59,006 nucleotides of DNA from an uncultured Acidimicrobiaceae bacterium (GCA_964569015.1 CAZMSN010000001.1:36439-95444); one strand, 5' to 3'. Counted from the first letter of the stretch, positions 1-10,432 are shown. Numbers and translations are program-made. Notes: generated by a model from the sequence alone, not told the origin.

Positions 1-54
1 AAGAGGTCGAGAAGGAGCCGGAGCCCGAAGAGGTCGAGAAGGAGCCGGAACCCG
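1..54 (+). repeat. 27-bp tandem repeat encoding EEVEKEPEP linker
   Basis: aagaggtcgagaaggagccgga(g/a)cccg occurs at 1-27 and 28-54; may extend upstream of the window. Confidence 0.85.
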
Positions 55-1910
55 AGGAGAGCAAGGGCGCCACGGTGGTGCGGCTGCCGGGGGCCTTCGA
101 GGCGATGCGCGAGGCGAGACGGCCGGTTGAGGCTGCCGAGGCACCGGTGGTAACTCCCGAAGCATCCGCCGAGCCGGTTGCGACGGAACAGAGGGCTGAG
201 GACCGGGCTGAGCCTCCTGAGTCCACTCACATCGAGATCGACGCCGACGAGGCCGCGAAATGGGCAGGCAGTGCCACGGTCAGCGGCCCTGATCTCGGTG
301 GCCTGCTCGGCGCGCTCGAATCGTGGGCGACCGGCGAGACCATGATGGTGAGTGCCGGACGCCTTTATCGCCTCATCAACTACGTCGCCGGGGTCCGAAT
401 CGAGCTGCAAGCGCTCACGAAACGCCTCGGAGCGATGCCGACGGCCGATATCTCCGATGAGTACCTGAACGCGGTCCGTAAGGACATCGAGACCATCGCT
501 GCTACCACGGTGGAACTCGAGGCAGATGCCCTCGGCCTCGCTGCCGTCCCGGTGAAGGAGATGAGCAACACCCTTCCCCAGCTGGTGCGGTATCTCTCGA
601 AGAAGCTCGGGAAAGAGGTCCGCTTCGAGATCGTCGGTGACGAGGATCTGGCTCTCGATCGTCAGGTGCTCGACATGGTGTCCGATCCGATCCGCCAGCT
701 CATCGTCAATGCCCTCTATCACGGCATCGAGATGCCCGCCGAGCGTGAGGCTGCAGGCAAGACCGCGACCGGCCTTGTGTCCCTCACCATGACGATCAAG
801 AACCACAAGCTCGAGGTCATCGTGAGCGACGATGGCGCCGGGATCGATTGGCCCGCAGTGCGCATGGCCGCGGTGGAACAGGGCTACTACGAGGCGAGCG
901 AGCCGAGCGATCCCGAGAAGCTGCGGCCGATCCTCTTCTTCCCGGGCTTCTCGACCGCCCCCGACAGCGAGCTGGGCTCGTTGGGATCGGGGCTCAGCAC
1001 CGTCGCCGACGCCGTGGAGTCCCTCTACGGGCGGATCCGACTCGATTCGGCGGAGAATGGCACCACGGTCACGGTGATGGTGCCCACCACTCGCGACCTC
1101 CAGCGTGTCCTGATCGTCGATGCCGGCAACATGAAGTGGGGGATTCCCGAGGCGGCGATCGAGGAGGTGATTCCGGTTGCCGGCGCCGGTGTCGTCACGG
1201 TGGGAGGCCGCCGCACTCTGCGCATCGGCGACCAGGAGCACAGGGTCGTCAGCCTGGCCGACCTCGTCGGTGCCACCGATCCACGCCCGGAGACCAAGTT
1301 CGTGCGGCTGGCCCACCGGATCGGGTGTGCCGCAGTCGGCGTGCAGCGGGTGCTCGGCGTCCGTGAGGTCGCCGCCAAGGAATTGGGCCCGCTGCTCGTC
1401 GGCCCATCGCACATCACCGGCGCCGCCCTGCTCGGAGGAGGCGACGTGGTCTTGCTGCTGGATGCCGGATCGCTCGTGCAGCGGTCCCAGGACGTGCCGC
1501 GACCCCTCACCCCCGGTGCGAGAGTGCTGGTGGTCGACGATTCGCAGGGTGCCCGCGCCGTGGTCTCGGGGGCGCTGGCCTCCAGCGGATTCACCACGAG
1601 TGTCGCAGGGAGCGCCGCCGAAGCTCTCGAGGTGCTCGCCGAGCAGGAGGTCGACGCGTTGGTCGTCGATTTCTCGATGCCCAACGAGGACGGGGTTGCC
1701 CTCGTGGATCAGGTTCGCAAGGGCTACACCGGCCTGCCGATCATCATGCTCTCCGGTGTCGCCACCCCCGAAGATCAGGAACGGGCGGTGAATGCCGGAG
1801 TCGACGCGTTCTTCAACAAGGCCGACTTCCGCGAGGGCGCGCTCGCCGAAGCGCTCCGCGCGACCCTCGAATCTGCCGCGGCACAGAAAGGAACGGCGGT
1901 CGGATCATGA
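3..1910 (+). CDS. cheA: CheA-like hybrid chemosensory kinase (HATPase-CheW-REC), 5'-truncated by window edge
   Basis: Frame is open from base 3 (EVEKEPEPEE...). N-box IVNALYHGIE, G1 DDGAGID, F-box FFPGFST, CheW-like segment (KWGIPEAAIEEV), C-terminal receiver (VLVVDDS...DFSMP). Confidence 0.85.
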   Translation, partial: EVEKEPEPEEVEKEPEPEESKGATVVRLPGAFEAMREARRPVEAAEAPVVTPEASAEPVATEQRAEDRAEPPESTHIEIDADEAAKWAGSATVSGPDLGGLLGALESWATGETMMVSAGRLYRLINYVAGVRIELQALTKRLGAMPTADISDEYLNAVRKDIETIAATTVELEADALGLAAVPVKEMSNTLPQLVRYLSKKLGKEVRFEIVGDEDLALDRQVLDMVSDPIRQLIVNALYHGIEMPAEREAAGKTATGLVSLTMTIKNHKLEVIVSDDGAGIDWPAVRMAAVEQGYYEASEPSDPEKLRPILFFPGFSTAPDSELGSLGSGLSTVADAVESLYGRIRLDSAENGTTVTVMVPTTRDLQRVLIVDAGNMKWGIPEAAIEEVIPVAGAGVVTVGGRRTLRIGDQEHRVVSLADLVGATDPRPETKFVRLAHRIGCAAVGVQRVLGVREVAAKELGPLLVGPSHITGAALLGGGDVVLLLDAGSLVQRSQDVPRPLTPGARVLVVDDSQGARAVVSGALASSGFTTSVAGSAAEALEVLAEQEVDALVVDFSMPNEDGVALVDQVRKGYTGLPIIMLSGVATPEDQERAVNAGVDAFFNKADFREGALAEALRATLESAAAQKGTAVGS

Positions 1911-2890
1911 AGATTCTGGTTGCCGACGACAGTGCGGTCCTCCGGGGGGCCGTGCGCCGTCTCCTCGAAGCCGCGGAGTTCGAGGTCGTCGATGCCGAGG
2001 ACGGGGTCGACGCCATCACTCGCTTCTACGAGCAGCAGCCGGATCTCGTGCTGCTCGACGTCACCATGCCCCGGCTCACCGGCTATGTGGTCTGCCGGCT
2101 CATCAAGGAGGATCCGGTGCTGGGCCACACCCCGGTGCTCATCCTCACGGGCCGCGATTCGGCTGAGGACCGCTATTGGGCCGATCGTTCCGGCGCCGAC
2201 GGGTACATCACCAAGGATGCGCTCGGCGAGAGCCTGGTTCATTCCGTCCAGCAGACCCTGGCGACGAGGGCCCTCACGGAGCTGACCCGCTCGGTCGCCG
2301 ACGCCCCGGCCCTCGGCGCGACGGACGTGCTCACCCGGGTGTGCGAGATGCTCGACCGCAAGCTGTTCGAGGCGACGGTCGTCAACGAGATCATCGAGAT
2401 CGGGGCTCGTTCGCTGCGATTCGACGAGACGATTTCCGCCGTCGTCGAGCAGATCGGCCGTCTGGTGTCGTTCGACGTCTGTGGAATCGCGCTCGTGTCG
2501 GTGGGGCGGCTGTATGCCCTGGCGGGGGGCCGCGTTCACCAGACCGAGATCGACGAGATGACCGGCCTCGCGAACCGGCACCTCCGGGCGATCGCCGGCC
2601 CAGTGGACGAACGTGGGCTCGAGCTGGTCATGCTCGAGGGAACCATCGACGATGATGAGCCGCCGCGCTCCCTCGCCTCGGTCTATGCCACGGCGCTCCT
2701 GGTGCACCGCGAAGTCATCGGCATGCTCGTGCTCTCCTCCTTCAGTGCGGGAGCCTTCCCCGACCAGGTGATCCGGACCATGCGGATGATCGAGAACGCC
2801 GTCGCCACCGTGGTGGATGCCGCTTGGGCCTACGAGGAGACCGTCACCGCGGCGGCACGTGCGAGCCTCTCGGCCCTCTCCGGCTTCTGA
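1907..2890 (+). CDS. Response regulator, REC plus GAF-like domain, no enzymatic output domain
   Basis: KILVADDS...DLVLLDVTMP...ILTG...ITK receiver motifs; GAF-like C-terminal half (ALLVHREVIGMLVLSS...AF); ATGA overlap with cheA stop. Confidence 0.85.
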   Translation: MKILVADDSAVLRGAVRRLLEAAEFEVVDAEDGVDAITRFYEQQPDLVLLDVTMPRLTGYVVCRLIKEDPVLGHTPVLILTGRDSAEDRYWADRSGADGYITKDALGESLVHSVQQTLATRALTELTRSVADAPALGATDVLTRVCEMLDRKLFEATVVNEIIEIGARSLRFDETISAVVEQIGRLVSFDVCGIALVSVGRLYALAGGRVHQTEIDEMTGLANRHLRAIAGPVDERGLELVMLEGTIDDDEPPRSLASVYATALLVHREVIGMLVLSSFSAGAFPDQVIRTMRMIENAVATVVDAAWAYEETVTAAARASLSALSGF

Positions 2891-2951
2891 GCCTCGCCTC
2901 GGCTCTCCGTCGATCCGTCTTACCGCTGTGTAGTTCAGATCCTCCGGTTCG

Positions 2952-2957
2952 TATAAT
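2952..2957 (+). promoter_or_regulatory. sigma70-type -10 box upstream of pcrA (near-leaderless transcript possible)
   Basis: Perfect TATAAT 9 nt before the ATG at 2967 in a GC-rich context; no clear -35. Confidence 0.5.
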
Positions 2958-2966
2958 CGTCGCCGC

Positions 2967-5141
2967 ATGCCGGATTCCGCTCTCTTCGAGAACCTCAATC
3001 CCGCCCAGCGTGAAGCGGTCGCCGCCATCGACGGGCCGATGCTGGTTGTGGCTGGCGCCGGGTCGGGCAAGACGAGGGTGCTCACCCAGCGGGTCGCTCA
3101 CCTGATCCGCGACCACGGCGTTTCTCCGTACGCCATCCTCGCCATCACGTTCACCAACAAGGCCGCCCAAGAGATGAAGGACCGGGTGGCGGCCCTGGTC
3201 GGCCCGGTGGCGCGGTCCATGTGGGTCTCCACTTTCCACAGCGCGTGCTCGCGGATCCTGCGGCGGGAAGCGCACCGGCTCGGATACCGATCGGCGTTCT
3301 CGATCTACGACCAGGCCGATTCGTTGCGGCTGTTGACGCTGTGCATCCACGATCTCGACCTCGATCCAAAACGGTTCCCTCCCCGGCGGATCCAGGCGAC
3401 GATCTCAAAGAACAAGAACGAGCTCGTCGACTACGAGACATTCGGCCACCGCGAGCTGGGCTTCTACCACGAGAGGGTGGCCGACGTGTACCGCCTCTAC
3501 CAGCAGCGTCTGGTCGAGGCATCGGCGATGGACTTCGACGACCTGCTCATGATCACGGTCGAGCTGTTCCAGGCGTTCCCGGAGGTGCTCGCCCACTACC
3601 AGAGCCGGTTTCAGTACGTGCTCGTCGACGAGTATCAGGACACCAATCACGCCCAGTACGTGCTGGTCAAGCTCCTCACCGAACAGCATCAGAACCTCTG
3701 CGTCGTCGGCGACGCCGATCAATCGATCTACGCGTTCCGGGGCGCCGATATCCGCAACATCAACGAGTTCGAGAAGGACTTTCCCGACGCCCGCATCGTC
3801 CTGCTCGAACAGAACTATCGGTCCGCCCAGACGATCCTCGAGTCCGCAAACGCGGTGATCGTCAACAATCCATCCCGCAAGCCGAAGCGGCTGTGGACGG
3901 ATCTCGGCGAGGGCGATCCCGTGACCACCTTCGAGGCCGAGGACGAGCACGATGAGGCGGCTTTCGTTGCCGAGCAGATAGGAGCGCTCCGCAAGAAGGG
4001 GCGGCCGCTCAGGGACTTCGCAGTGTTCTATCGCACCAACGCTCAGAGCCGAGTTGTCGAGGAGACACTCGTCAAGTACCACTTGCCGTACCAGGTCATC
4101 GGGGGCCTCAAGTACTACGACCGCCGCGAGGTGAAGGACGTGCTCGCCTACCTGCGGGTGATCATCAATCCCGACGACGTCGTGGCGCTCAAACGCATCA
4201 TCAACGTCCCGAAGCGGGCCATCGGCGCCACCAGCGTCGCCCACCTCGACCGCCAGGTCGAACGGGAGGGGATTCCGTTCCACCAGGCACTTCGCTGTGC
4301 CAGCGACAACACGGCCCTCTCCGCCAGGGCACAGCGGGCGATGGCGGAGTTCGTGGCGCTGCTCGACCATCTCGATGCGGCGGCCGCCGCGGGGCCACAG
4401 GCGGCGCTGGAGGCGATTCTCGCCGAGACCGGATACATGGACATGGTGCGGTCGGAGAGCACGATCGAGGCTATGGGGCGCGAGGAGAATCTCAAGGAGT
4501 TGATCTCGGCGGCCGCCGATTTCGAGGAGACCGGCCCTGCCACCTTGGGCCCGGCCGACTGGGACGAGCTCGACGGGCTGGCGCGAGTGGAGCTCTTCCT
4601 GGAATCGGTCAGCCTGGTCACCGATGTCGATTCTCTCGAGGTCGGCGAGACCGTCACGCTGATGACTCTCCACAACGCCAAGGGCCTCGAGTTCCCGGTG
4701 GTGTTCATCCTGGGGCTCGAGGACGGCGTGTTTCCCCACATGCGCTCGCTGGGAGACCCGGCCGAGCTCGAGGAGGAACGCCGCCTCTGCTACGTGGGGA
4801 TAACCCGGGCGATGGAGAAGCTCTTCCTGACACGGGCGTGGAGCCGGAGTCTGTGGGGATCGAACAACTACAACCCGCCCAGCCGGTTCCTCGACGAGAT
4901 CCCCGATCGCTTGACGCGCGAGGCGAAACGCAAGCGGAAGCCTTCCATGGAGAGCTCCCGACATGCGACGCTCGGCAGCACGGATCTCGCAGACGGCGAC
5001 CGGGTGCGGCATACCCACTGGGGGCAGGGGACCGTGCGGCGGGTCATCGGATCGGGCGATCGCGCCGAGGCCATCGTCGATTTCGACCAGCAGGGCACCA
5101 AGACGCTCTTGCTCGCCTGGGCTCCGCTCGAGAAGGCTTGA
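2967..5141 (+). CDS. pcrA: ATP-dependent DNA helicase PcrA/UvrD
   Basis: AGAGSGKT Walker A, VDEYQDTN, VGDADQSIYAFRGA, LEQNYRS, MTLHNAKGLEF, EERRLCYVGITRA. Confidence 0.97.
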   Translation: MPDSALFENLNPAQREAVAAIDGPMLVVAGAGSGKTRVLTQRVAHLIRDHGVSPYAILAITFTNKAAQEMKDRVAALVGPVARSMWVSTFHSACSRILRREAHRLGYRSAFSIYDQADSLRLLTLCIHDLDLDPKRFPPRRIQATISKNKNELVDYETFGHRELGFYHERVADVYRLYQQRLVEASAMDFDDLLMITVELFQAFPEVLAHYQSRFQYVLVDEYQDTNHAQYVLVKLLTEQHQNLCVVGDADQSIYAFRGADIRNINEFEKDFPDARIVLLEQNYRSAQTILESANAVIVNNPSRKPKRLWTDLGEGDPVTTFEAEDEHDEAAFVAEQIGALRKKGRPLRDFAVFYRTNAQSRVVEETLVKYHLPYQVIGGLKYYDRREVKDVLAYLRVIINPDDVVALKRIINVPKRAIGATSVAHLDRQVEREGIPFHQALRCASDNTALSARAQRAMAEFVALLDHLDAAAAAGPQAALEAILAETGYMDMVRSESTIEAMGREENLKELISAAADFEETGPATLGPADWDELDGLARVELFLESVSLVTDVDSLEVGETVTLMTLHNAKGLEFPVVFILGLEDGVFPHMRSLGDPAELEEERRLCYVGITRAMEKLFLTRAWSRSLWGSNNYNPPSRFLDEIPDRLTREAKRKRKPSMESSRHATLGSTDLADGDRVRHTHWGQGTVRRVIGSGDRAEAIVDFDQQGTKTLLLAWAPLEKA

Positions 5142-5199
5142 GGACCCCGGTTCGGGCCTCGGTGCCGGGCTGTGGGCGCCGACTAGTCTCGATCACCGT

Positions 5200-5409
5200 A
5201 TGGGCACACGCATCCTCATCGCCGAGGCCGATCTGGACGGCCACGATCGGGACCCTGGGGTCGTTGCCGTCGGGCGCTGCGGCGGGGGCTTCATTCCCAA
5301 TGAGGGCGTTCCGCTGCCGGCCGAAGCGAACCCGGCCGGGTCCTTCGTCCCTGGAACCCCTCTCGACGGGGTGACGCGGTGGGTCGACGAGCCCGTGTCG
5401 CGAAGCTGA
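5200..5409 (+). pseudogene. Internally deleted cobalamin-binding-domain gene (acyl-CoA mutase small subunit type)
   Basis: 69 aa: RILIAEADLDGHDRD joined directly to GGGFIPNEGVP...FVPGTPLDGVTRWV. These match the N- and C-terminal ends of the roughly 135-aa B12-binding subunit; the centre is missing. Confidence 0.75.
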
Positions 5410-5475
5410 TCGTATGGCAGTGGCCCGCCTTCCGAGCACCAGTCGCCCCACTTGCCGGTGGCAGGAGGGCGGCCG

Positions 5476-6699
5476 TTGAAGATCCACGAGTACCAGGCCA
5501 AGCAACTCATGGAAGCTCGTGGCATGGCCGTGCCGGCGGGCCGGCCGGCAGCCACCGTCGCCGAGGCGGTGGCCGCGGTGCGGCCGCTGATCGAGGCGTC
5601 CGGCAACCCGGTGGTGGTGGTCAAGTCGCAGATCCACGCCGGTGGGCGCGGCAAGGGCCGTTTCGTCGAGCATCCCGATGTGAGCGGAGTGAGTGTGATC
5701 ACCGTGGGAATCGACGGTGGCATCGACGCCGCCGAGGCCGAGGTCGGCGAGCTGGCCGGCAGGATGCTCGGCTCGACGCTGGTCACGGCCCAGACCGGGC
5801 CTGAGGGAAAGCAGGTGAACCGGCTCTATGTCGAGCAGGGGATCGACATCGACCGTGAGATGTACCTGTCAGTGCTGCTCGACCGTGCCGTTGGGCGCAA
5901 CGTCGTCATGGCATCGACCGAGGGTGGTACCGAGATCGAGAAGGTCGCCGCCGAGACGCCGGAGATGATCCTCCGGGCCGAAGTCGATCCTGCGTTCGGT
6001 CTCCTCGGCTTCCAAGCGCGCCGGCTTGCATACGATCTCGGGCTCGAAGGCGATGCAGCGAGCAACGGCATCCGGTTCATGGAGCTCCTGAGCGCCACAG
6101 CCGCAGAGCTGGACACCGACCTGATCGAGATCAATCCGCTGGTGGTCACCCCCGCCGGGGAGGTGGTGGCGCTCGACGGCAAGATGAGCTTCGAGGCCAA
6201 TGCCCTCTATCGGCATCCCGAGATTCGTGAGATGCGGGATCTCTCCGAGGAGAATCCGGCGGAGGTGGAAGCCAGCGAGCATGGCTTGAGCTTCATCAAG
6301 CTGAACGGGACGATCGGCTGCATGGTCAACGGCGCCGGGCTCGCCATGGCCACGATGGACATCATCGAGCACGTCGGGGGAGAGCCCGCCAACTTCCTCG
6401 ACGTGGGAGGCGCCGCCAAGAAGGAGCAGGTGGTCGCTGCGCTCACGATCATGGCCCGGGACCCGGATGTGAAGGGCATCTTCATCAACATCTTCGGTGG
6501 GATCATCCACTGCGACGTCATCGCTACCGGCGTCGTCGAGGCGGCGCGAGAAGTCGGTCTCGCCGTGCCCCTCGTGGTGCGGCTCGAAGGCACCAACGTC
6601 GATCTCGGCAGGCAGATCTTCGACGAGTCGGGCCTCGATGTAGCCAGCGCCGCCGACATGCGTGCCGCCGCCGAGAAGATCCTGGAGCTGGCACGATGA
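5476..6699 (+). CDS. sucC: Succinyl-CoA synthetase beta subunit
   Basis: TTG start after AGGAGG gives MKIHEYQAK; [42 protein letters not shown]. Confidence 0.97.
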   Translation: MKIHEYQAKQLMEARGMAVPAGRPAATVAEAVAAVRPLIEASGNPVVVVKSQIHAGGRGKGRFVEHPDVSGVSVITVGIDGGIDAAEAEVGELAGRMLGSTLVTAQTGPEGKQVNRLYVEQGIDIDREMYLSVLLDRAVGRNVVMASTEGGTEIEKVAAETPEMILRAEVDPAFGLLGFQARRLAYDLGLEGDAASNGIRFMELLSATAAELDTDLIEINPLVVTPAGEVVALDGKMSFEANALYRHPEIREMRDLSEENPAEVEASEHGLSFIKLNGTIGCMVNGAGLAMATMDIIEHVGGEPANFLDVGGAAKKEQVVAALTIMARDPDVKGIFINIFGGIIHCDVIATGVVEAAREVGLAVPLVVRLEGTNVDLGRQIFDESGLDVASAADMRAAAEKILELAR

Positions 6700-7622
6700 G
6701 CGTGCTCGTCGATCGCGACACCACCGTGCTCGTTCAGGGATTGGGCAAGACGGGTCGGTTCCAGACGGACAAGACGATCGCCTACGGAACCCAAGTGGTG
6801 GGAGCAGTCCACCCGACCCGGGCCGGTACCACCGAGGCCTTCGAGGGCGAGACCGATCATTCCGGCGTCTCCGGACGGGACGACACCTACCAGGTCGATC
6901 TGCCCGTGTTCCGCTTCGTCGCGCAAGCGCGGGCAGCGACGGGAGCTACCGCCAGCGTCATCTACGTGCCGGCGCCGTTCGCCGCCGACGCCATCATGGA
7001 GGCGGCGGATGCCGGCATCGAGCTGATCGTCTGTATCACCGACGGGATCCCGGTGACGGACATGGTGAGGGTCAAGCGCTTTCTCAAAGGTCGGCCCGTC
7101 CGGCTCGTCGGCCCCAACTGTCCCGGCGTCATCACTCCCCGAGAGTGCAAGATCGGCATCATGCCCGGGTACATCCATGTGCCGGGAGGCATCGGGGTCG
7201 TCAGCCGCTCCGGGACGCTCACCTACGAGGCGGTACACCAGCTCACCTGCAGCGGGCTGGGCCAGACGACGGCGATAGGCATCGGCGGCGATCCCGTGAA
7301 CGGCACCGACTTCGTCGATTGCCTCTCCCTCTTCAACGACGATCCGGCCACCGAGGGCGTCCTGATGATCGGCGAGATCGGCGGCACCGCCGAGGAGGAG
7401 GCGGCCGCTTGGATCGAGGCCAACATGACCAAGCCGGTGGCCGCCTTCATCGCCGGCAGGACGGCGCCTCCTGGGAAGCGCATGGGCCACGCCGGAGCGA
7501 TCATCTCCGGCGGCAAGGGAACCGCCGCCAACAAGATCGCCGCACTCGAGGCGGTCGGTGTCGCCGTGGCGGCTACTCCGGTTGACATGGGATCGGCGAT
7601 GCTGCGGGCGCTCGGCCGGTGA
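6696..7622 (+). CDS. sucD: Succinyl-CoA synthetase alpha subunit
   Basis: [35 protein letters not shown] (phospho-His). Confidence 0.97.
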   Translation: MSVLVDRDTTVLVQGLGKTGRFQTDKTIAYGTQVVGAVHPTRAGTTEAFEGETDHSGVSGRDDTYQVDLPVFRFVAQARAATGATASVIYVPAPFAADAIMEAADAGIELIVCITDGIPVTDMVRVKRFLKGRPVRLVGPNCPGVITPRECKIGIMPGYIHVPGGIGVVSRSGTLTYEAVHQLTCSGLGQTTAIGIGGDPVNGTDFVDCLSLFNDDPATEGVLMIGEIGGTAEEEAAAWIEANMTKPVAAFIAGRTAPPGKRMGHAGAIISGGKGTAANKIAALEAVGVAVAATPVDMGSAMLRALGR

Positions 7623-7629
7623 TGGCAAC

Positions 7630-8229
7630 GTGACCGAGCTGGTGGCCGGACTCTCGATCGGCCTCGCCGCCGGTATCACGCCCGGTCCGCTCATGACGCT
7701 CATCGTCACCGCCACCCTGCGCCGTGGCTTCGGCGCAGGCTGGCGGACCGCGGTGGCGCCGCTGCTCACCGACGTCCCCATCGTGGCGCTGGCGGTGGCG
7801 GCCATCAGCGCCCTCCCCGAAGCCGGGGTGCGAGGGCTCGGCATCGGCGGCGGGCTCGTCGTGATGGCATTCGGGCTGTGGGAGCTCTCCCACGTGGTGA
7901 ATGCGGTGCCGGAGGACGGCGACGTCGGGGGCACTAGCGCAGACGTGTGGCGCGGTGTGGCGGTCAATGCCCTCAGCCCGCACCCGTGGATCTTTTGGGC
8001 AACCGCGGGAGGGCCGTTGCTGGTCGACGCCTGGAGTGAGGCACCGGGGGGTGCCGTGGCTTTCCTGCTCGGCTTCTATGTGGCCCTCGTCGGGAGCAAG
8101 GTCGCCCTCGCCGGAGTCGTGGGCGCCGGCCGCAGGCGATTGCCGGAGCACTGGCGCCGGCGACTCGTTGTGATCGGCGGGCTGCTGCTCATCGCTGGCG
8201 GCTCCGTTCTCGTGTGGCGAGCTTGGTAG
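7630..8229 (+). CDS. LysE-family translocator
   Basis: GITPGP and NALSPHPWIFW motifs, hydrophobic helices; GTG start chosen after the sucD stop. Confidence 0.85.
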   Translation: MTELVAGLSIGLAAGITPGPLMTLIVTATLRRGFGAGWRTAVAPLLTDVPIVALAVAAISALPEAGVRGLGIGGGLVVMAFGLWELSHVVNAVPEDGDVGGTSADVWRGVAVNALSPHPWIFWATAGGPLLVDAWSEAPGGAVAFLLGFYVALVGSKVALAGVVGAGRRRLPEHWRRRLVVIGGLLLIAGGSVLVWRAW

Positions 8230-8270
8230 GGAGCGGCGGGGCCGCGGTCGGTCGCTAACCTGCGCCAGGC

Positions 8271-8903
8271 ATGGCAGGCCGATCCGATCCTCGCTGTCCC
8301 ATCGCCGTCCTTGTCTCCGGGAGCGGCTCCAACCTCCAGTCGATTATTGATGCCTCGGCGGACAGCGACTATCCGGCCGAAGTGGTGGTGGTCATCTCCG
8401 ACCGACCGGCCGTGAGGGCGCTGGAGCGGGCTGAGGCAGCAGGGGTTCCCGGCGTCGTCGTCGATTGGCACGATTTCAGCGATCGCGACGAGTACACCCG
8501 AGCGGTGTGCGCCGCTGCCGCCGACCACGGCGCAGAGGCGATGATCCTGGCCGGCTTCATGCGCATCCTGACCGCGTCGGCCCTCGATCTCTTCCCGGAT
8601 CGCATTCTCAACATCCATCCGGCGTTGTTGCCTTCTTTCCCCGGGGCACACGCCGTGCCCGAGGCGATCGCGCACGGCGTCAAGCTGAGCGGGGTGACGG
8701 TGCATTTCCTCGACGCCGAGGTCGACCACGGCCCGATCATCCTCCAAGAGTCGGTACCAGTGCTGCCCGATGACTCCGAGGAGACGCTCCACGCCCGCAT
8801 CCAGCAGGTGGAGCATCGGGTGTACCCGGAGGTGGTGGCCGCCTTCGCGACGGGCCGACTCCGCATCGACAGCCGCCTCGTGCACTGGGAGGACGGCGCA
8901 TGA
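8271..8903 (+). CDS. purN: Phosphoribosylglycinamide formyltransferase
   Basis: VLVSGSGSNLQ, LAGFMRIL, NIHPALLPSFPG, GVTVHF, DHGPII. Confidence 0.97.
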   Translation: MAGRSDPRCPIAVLVSGSGSNLQSIIDASADSDYPAEVVVVISDRPAVRALERAEAAGVPGVVVDWHDFSDRDEYTRAVCAAAADHGAEAMILAGFMRILTASALDLFPDRILNIHPALLPSFPGAHAVPEAIAHGVKLSGVTVHFLDAEVDHGPIILQESVPVLPDDSEETLHARIQQVEHRVYPEVVAAFATGRLRIDSRLVHWEDGA

Positions 8904-10432
8904 GCCGCATCGCGGTGCGGAGGGCCCTGGTCTCGGTGTGGGACAAGACGGGCCTCATCGAGTTCGCCAGAAGGCTCGTCGACGCCGGGGTGGAGCTGGT
9001 CTCGTCCGGGGGCACATCGCGGGAACTCGAAGCCGCCGGATTGCCGTTCACCACCGTGGCGGAGGTCACCGGCGCCCCCGAGATGCTGGGCGGCCGGGTG
9101 AAGACTCTCCATCCGATGATCCACGGCGCCATCCTCGCCGACCTCGGCAACGCCGATCACCGCGACGACCTCTACGACCGTGGCATCACTCCCATTCAGC
9201 TCGTGGTCTCCAACCTGTATCCGTTCGAGGCAACCGTGGCGCAGGAATCAGTCTCCGAGGCGGAGGCGATCGAGCAGATCGACATCGGCGGCCCCACCCT
9301 GATCCGAGCGGCTGCCAAGAACCACGCCTGGGTGGGTGTGGTCACTTCCCCCGATCAGTACGAGGCAGTGGCAGCCGCCGTCGCCGAGGGAGGCCTCGAC
9401 ACCGAGCTGCGCCGTGATCTCGCCCGCAGCGCCTTCTTCCGGACCGCCTCGTACGACGCCGCCGTCGTCGGCTGGCTGGAACGCGAGCAGTTCCCGCCGC
9501 TGCGCTCGGTGCTCGCCTTGGAACGACGGGCCGAGTTGCGGTACGGGGAGAATCCTCACCAGGCCGCGGCCGCCTTCGCCCTGGTCGGAGGCACGTCGTG
9601 GTGGCAGGAGATGCGTCAGCTCCAGGGCAAGGAGATGTCATTCAACAACTACCTCGACACCGAGGCCGCCTGGCGGATGGTGCACCAGTTCGATGACCCG
9701 GCGGTGGCGGTCGTCAAGCACGCCAACCCGTGCGGGCTGGCGATCGCGGGTTCCATCGCTGACGCCTTCACCGCTGCCTGGGACTGCGACCCACTCTCGG
9801 CATTCGGCAGTGTCATCGCGCTCAACCGCCCACTCGACACCGAGACGGCGGAACGCATCTCGGTAGCCGGGTTCGTAGAGGTGATCATCTCCTCTGCGAT
9901 CGAGCACGATGCGCGGGAGATCCTCGGGAAGAAGAAGAACCTGCGGCTCCTCGAGACGGTCGCGGCAGATCCTGCCGATCCCGACATGCGGCAGATCGAG
10001 GGCGGGTTCGTGGTGCAGGAGCGGGATCGAGTGGAATCCCGCAACGCCGACTGGGAGATCGTCTCTTCCCACAGGCCCGGGCCCGTCGAGTGGCGGGACC
10101 TCGAGTTCGCCCTCAAGGTCGTCACCAACGCCAAATCCAACGCCATCGTGGTGGCCAAGGGAGGCGCCGCCATCGGGGTCGGCGCCGGCGACCAGTCCCG
10201 GGTCGGCGCCGCCGAGCGGGCGCTGCGGAGGGCCGGCGACCGGGCGGTCGGCGCCGTAGCCGCCTCGGATGCGTTCCTGCCGTTCCGTGACGGTCTCGAC
10301 GTGCTCGCCGAGGCAGGCATCGTCGCGGTCATCGAGCCCGGGGGCTCGGTGCGTGACGAGGAGGTGGTCGCCGCCGCCGAGGAGCACGGCATCGCTCTGG
10401 TCTTCACTGGACGGAGGCATTTCCGGCATTGA
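8900..10432 (+). CDS. purH: Bifunctional AICAR transformylase/IMP cyclohydrolase
   Basis: ALVSVWDKTG, GRVKTLHP, NLYPF, IDIGGP, LRYGENPHQ, KHANPCG, ASDAF, PGGSVRD. Confidence 0.97.
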   Translation: MSRIAVRRALVSVWDKTGLIEFARRLVDAGVELVSSGGTSRELEAAGLPFTTVAEVTGAPEMLGGRVKTLHPMIHGAILADLGNADHRDDLYDRGITPIQLVVSNLYPFEATVAQESVSEAEAIEQIDIGGPTLIRAAAKNHAWVGVVTSPDQYEAVAAAVAEGGLDTELRRDLARSAFFRTASYDAAVVGWLEREQFPPLRSVLALERRAELRYGENPHQAAAAFALVGGTSWWQEMRQLQGKEMSFNNYLDTEAAWRMVHQFDDPAVAVVKHANPCGLAIAGSIADAFTAAWDCDPLSAFGSVIALNRPLDTETAERISVAGFVEVIISSAIEHDAREILGKKKNLRLLETVAADPADPDMRQIEGGFVVQERDRVESRNADWEIVSSHRPGPVEWRDLEFALKVVTNAKSNAIVVAKGGAAIGVGAGDQSRVGAAERALRRAGDRAVGAVAASDAFLPFRDGLDVLAEAGIVAVIEPGGSVRDEEVVAAAEEHGIALVFTGRRHFRH

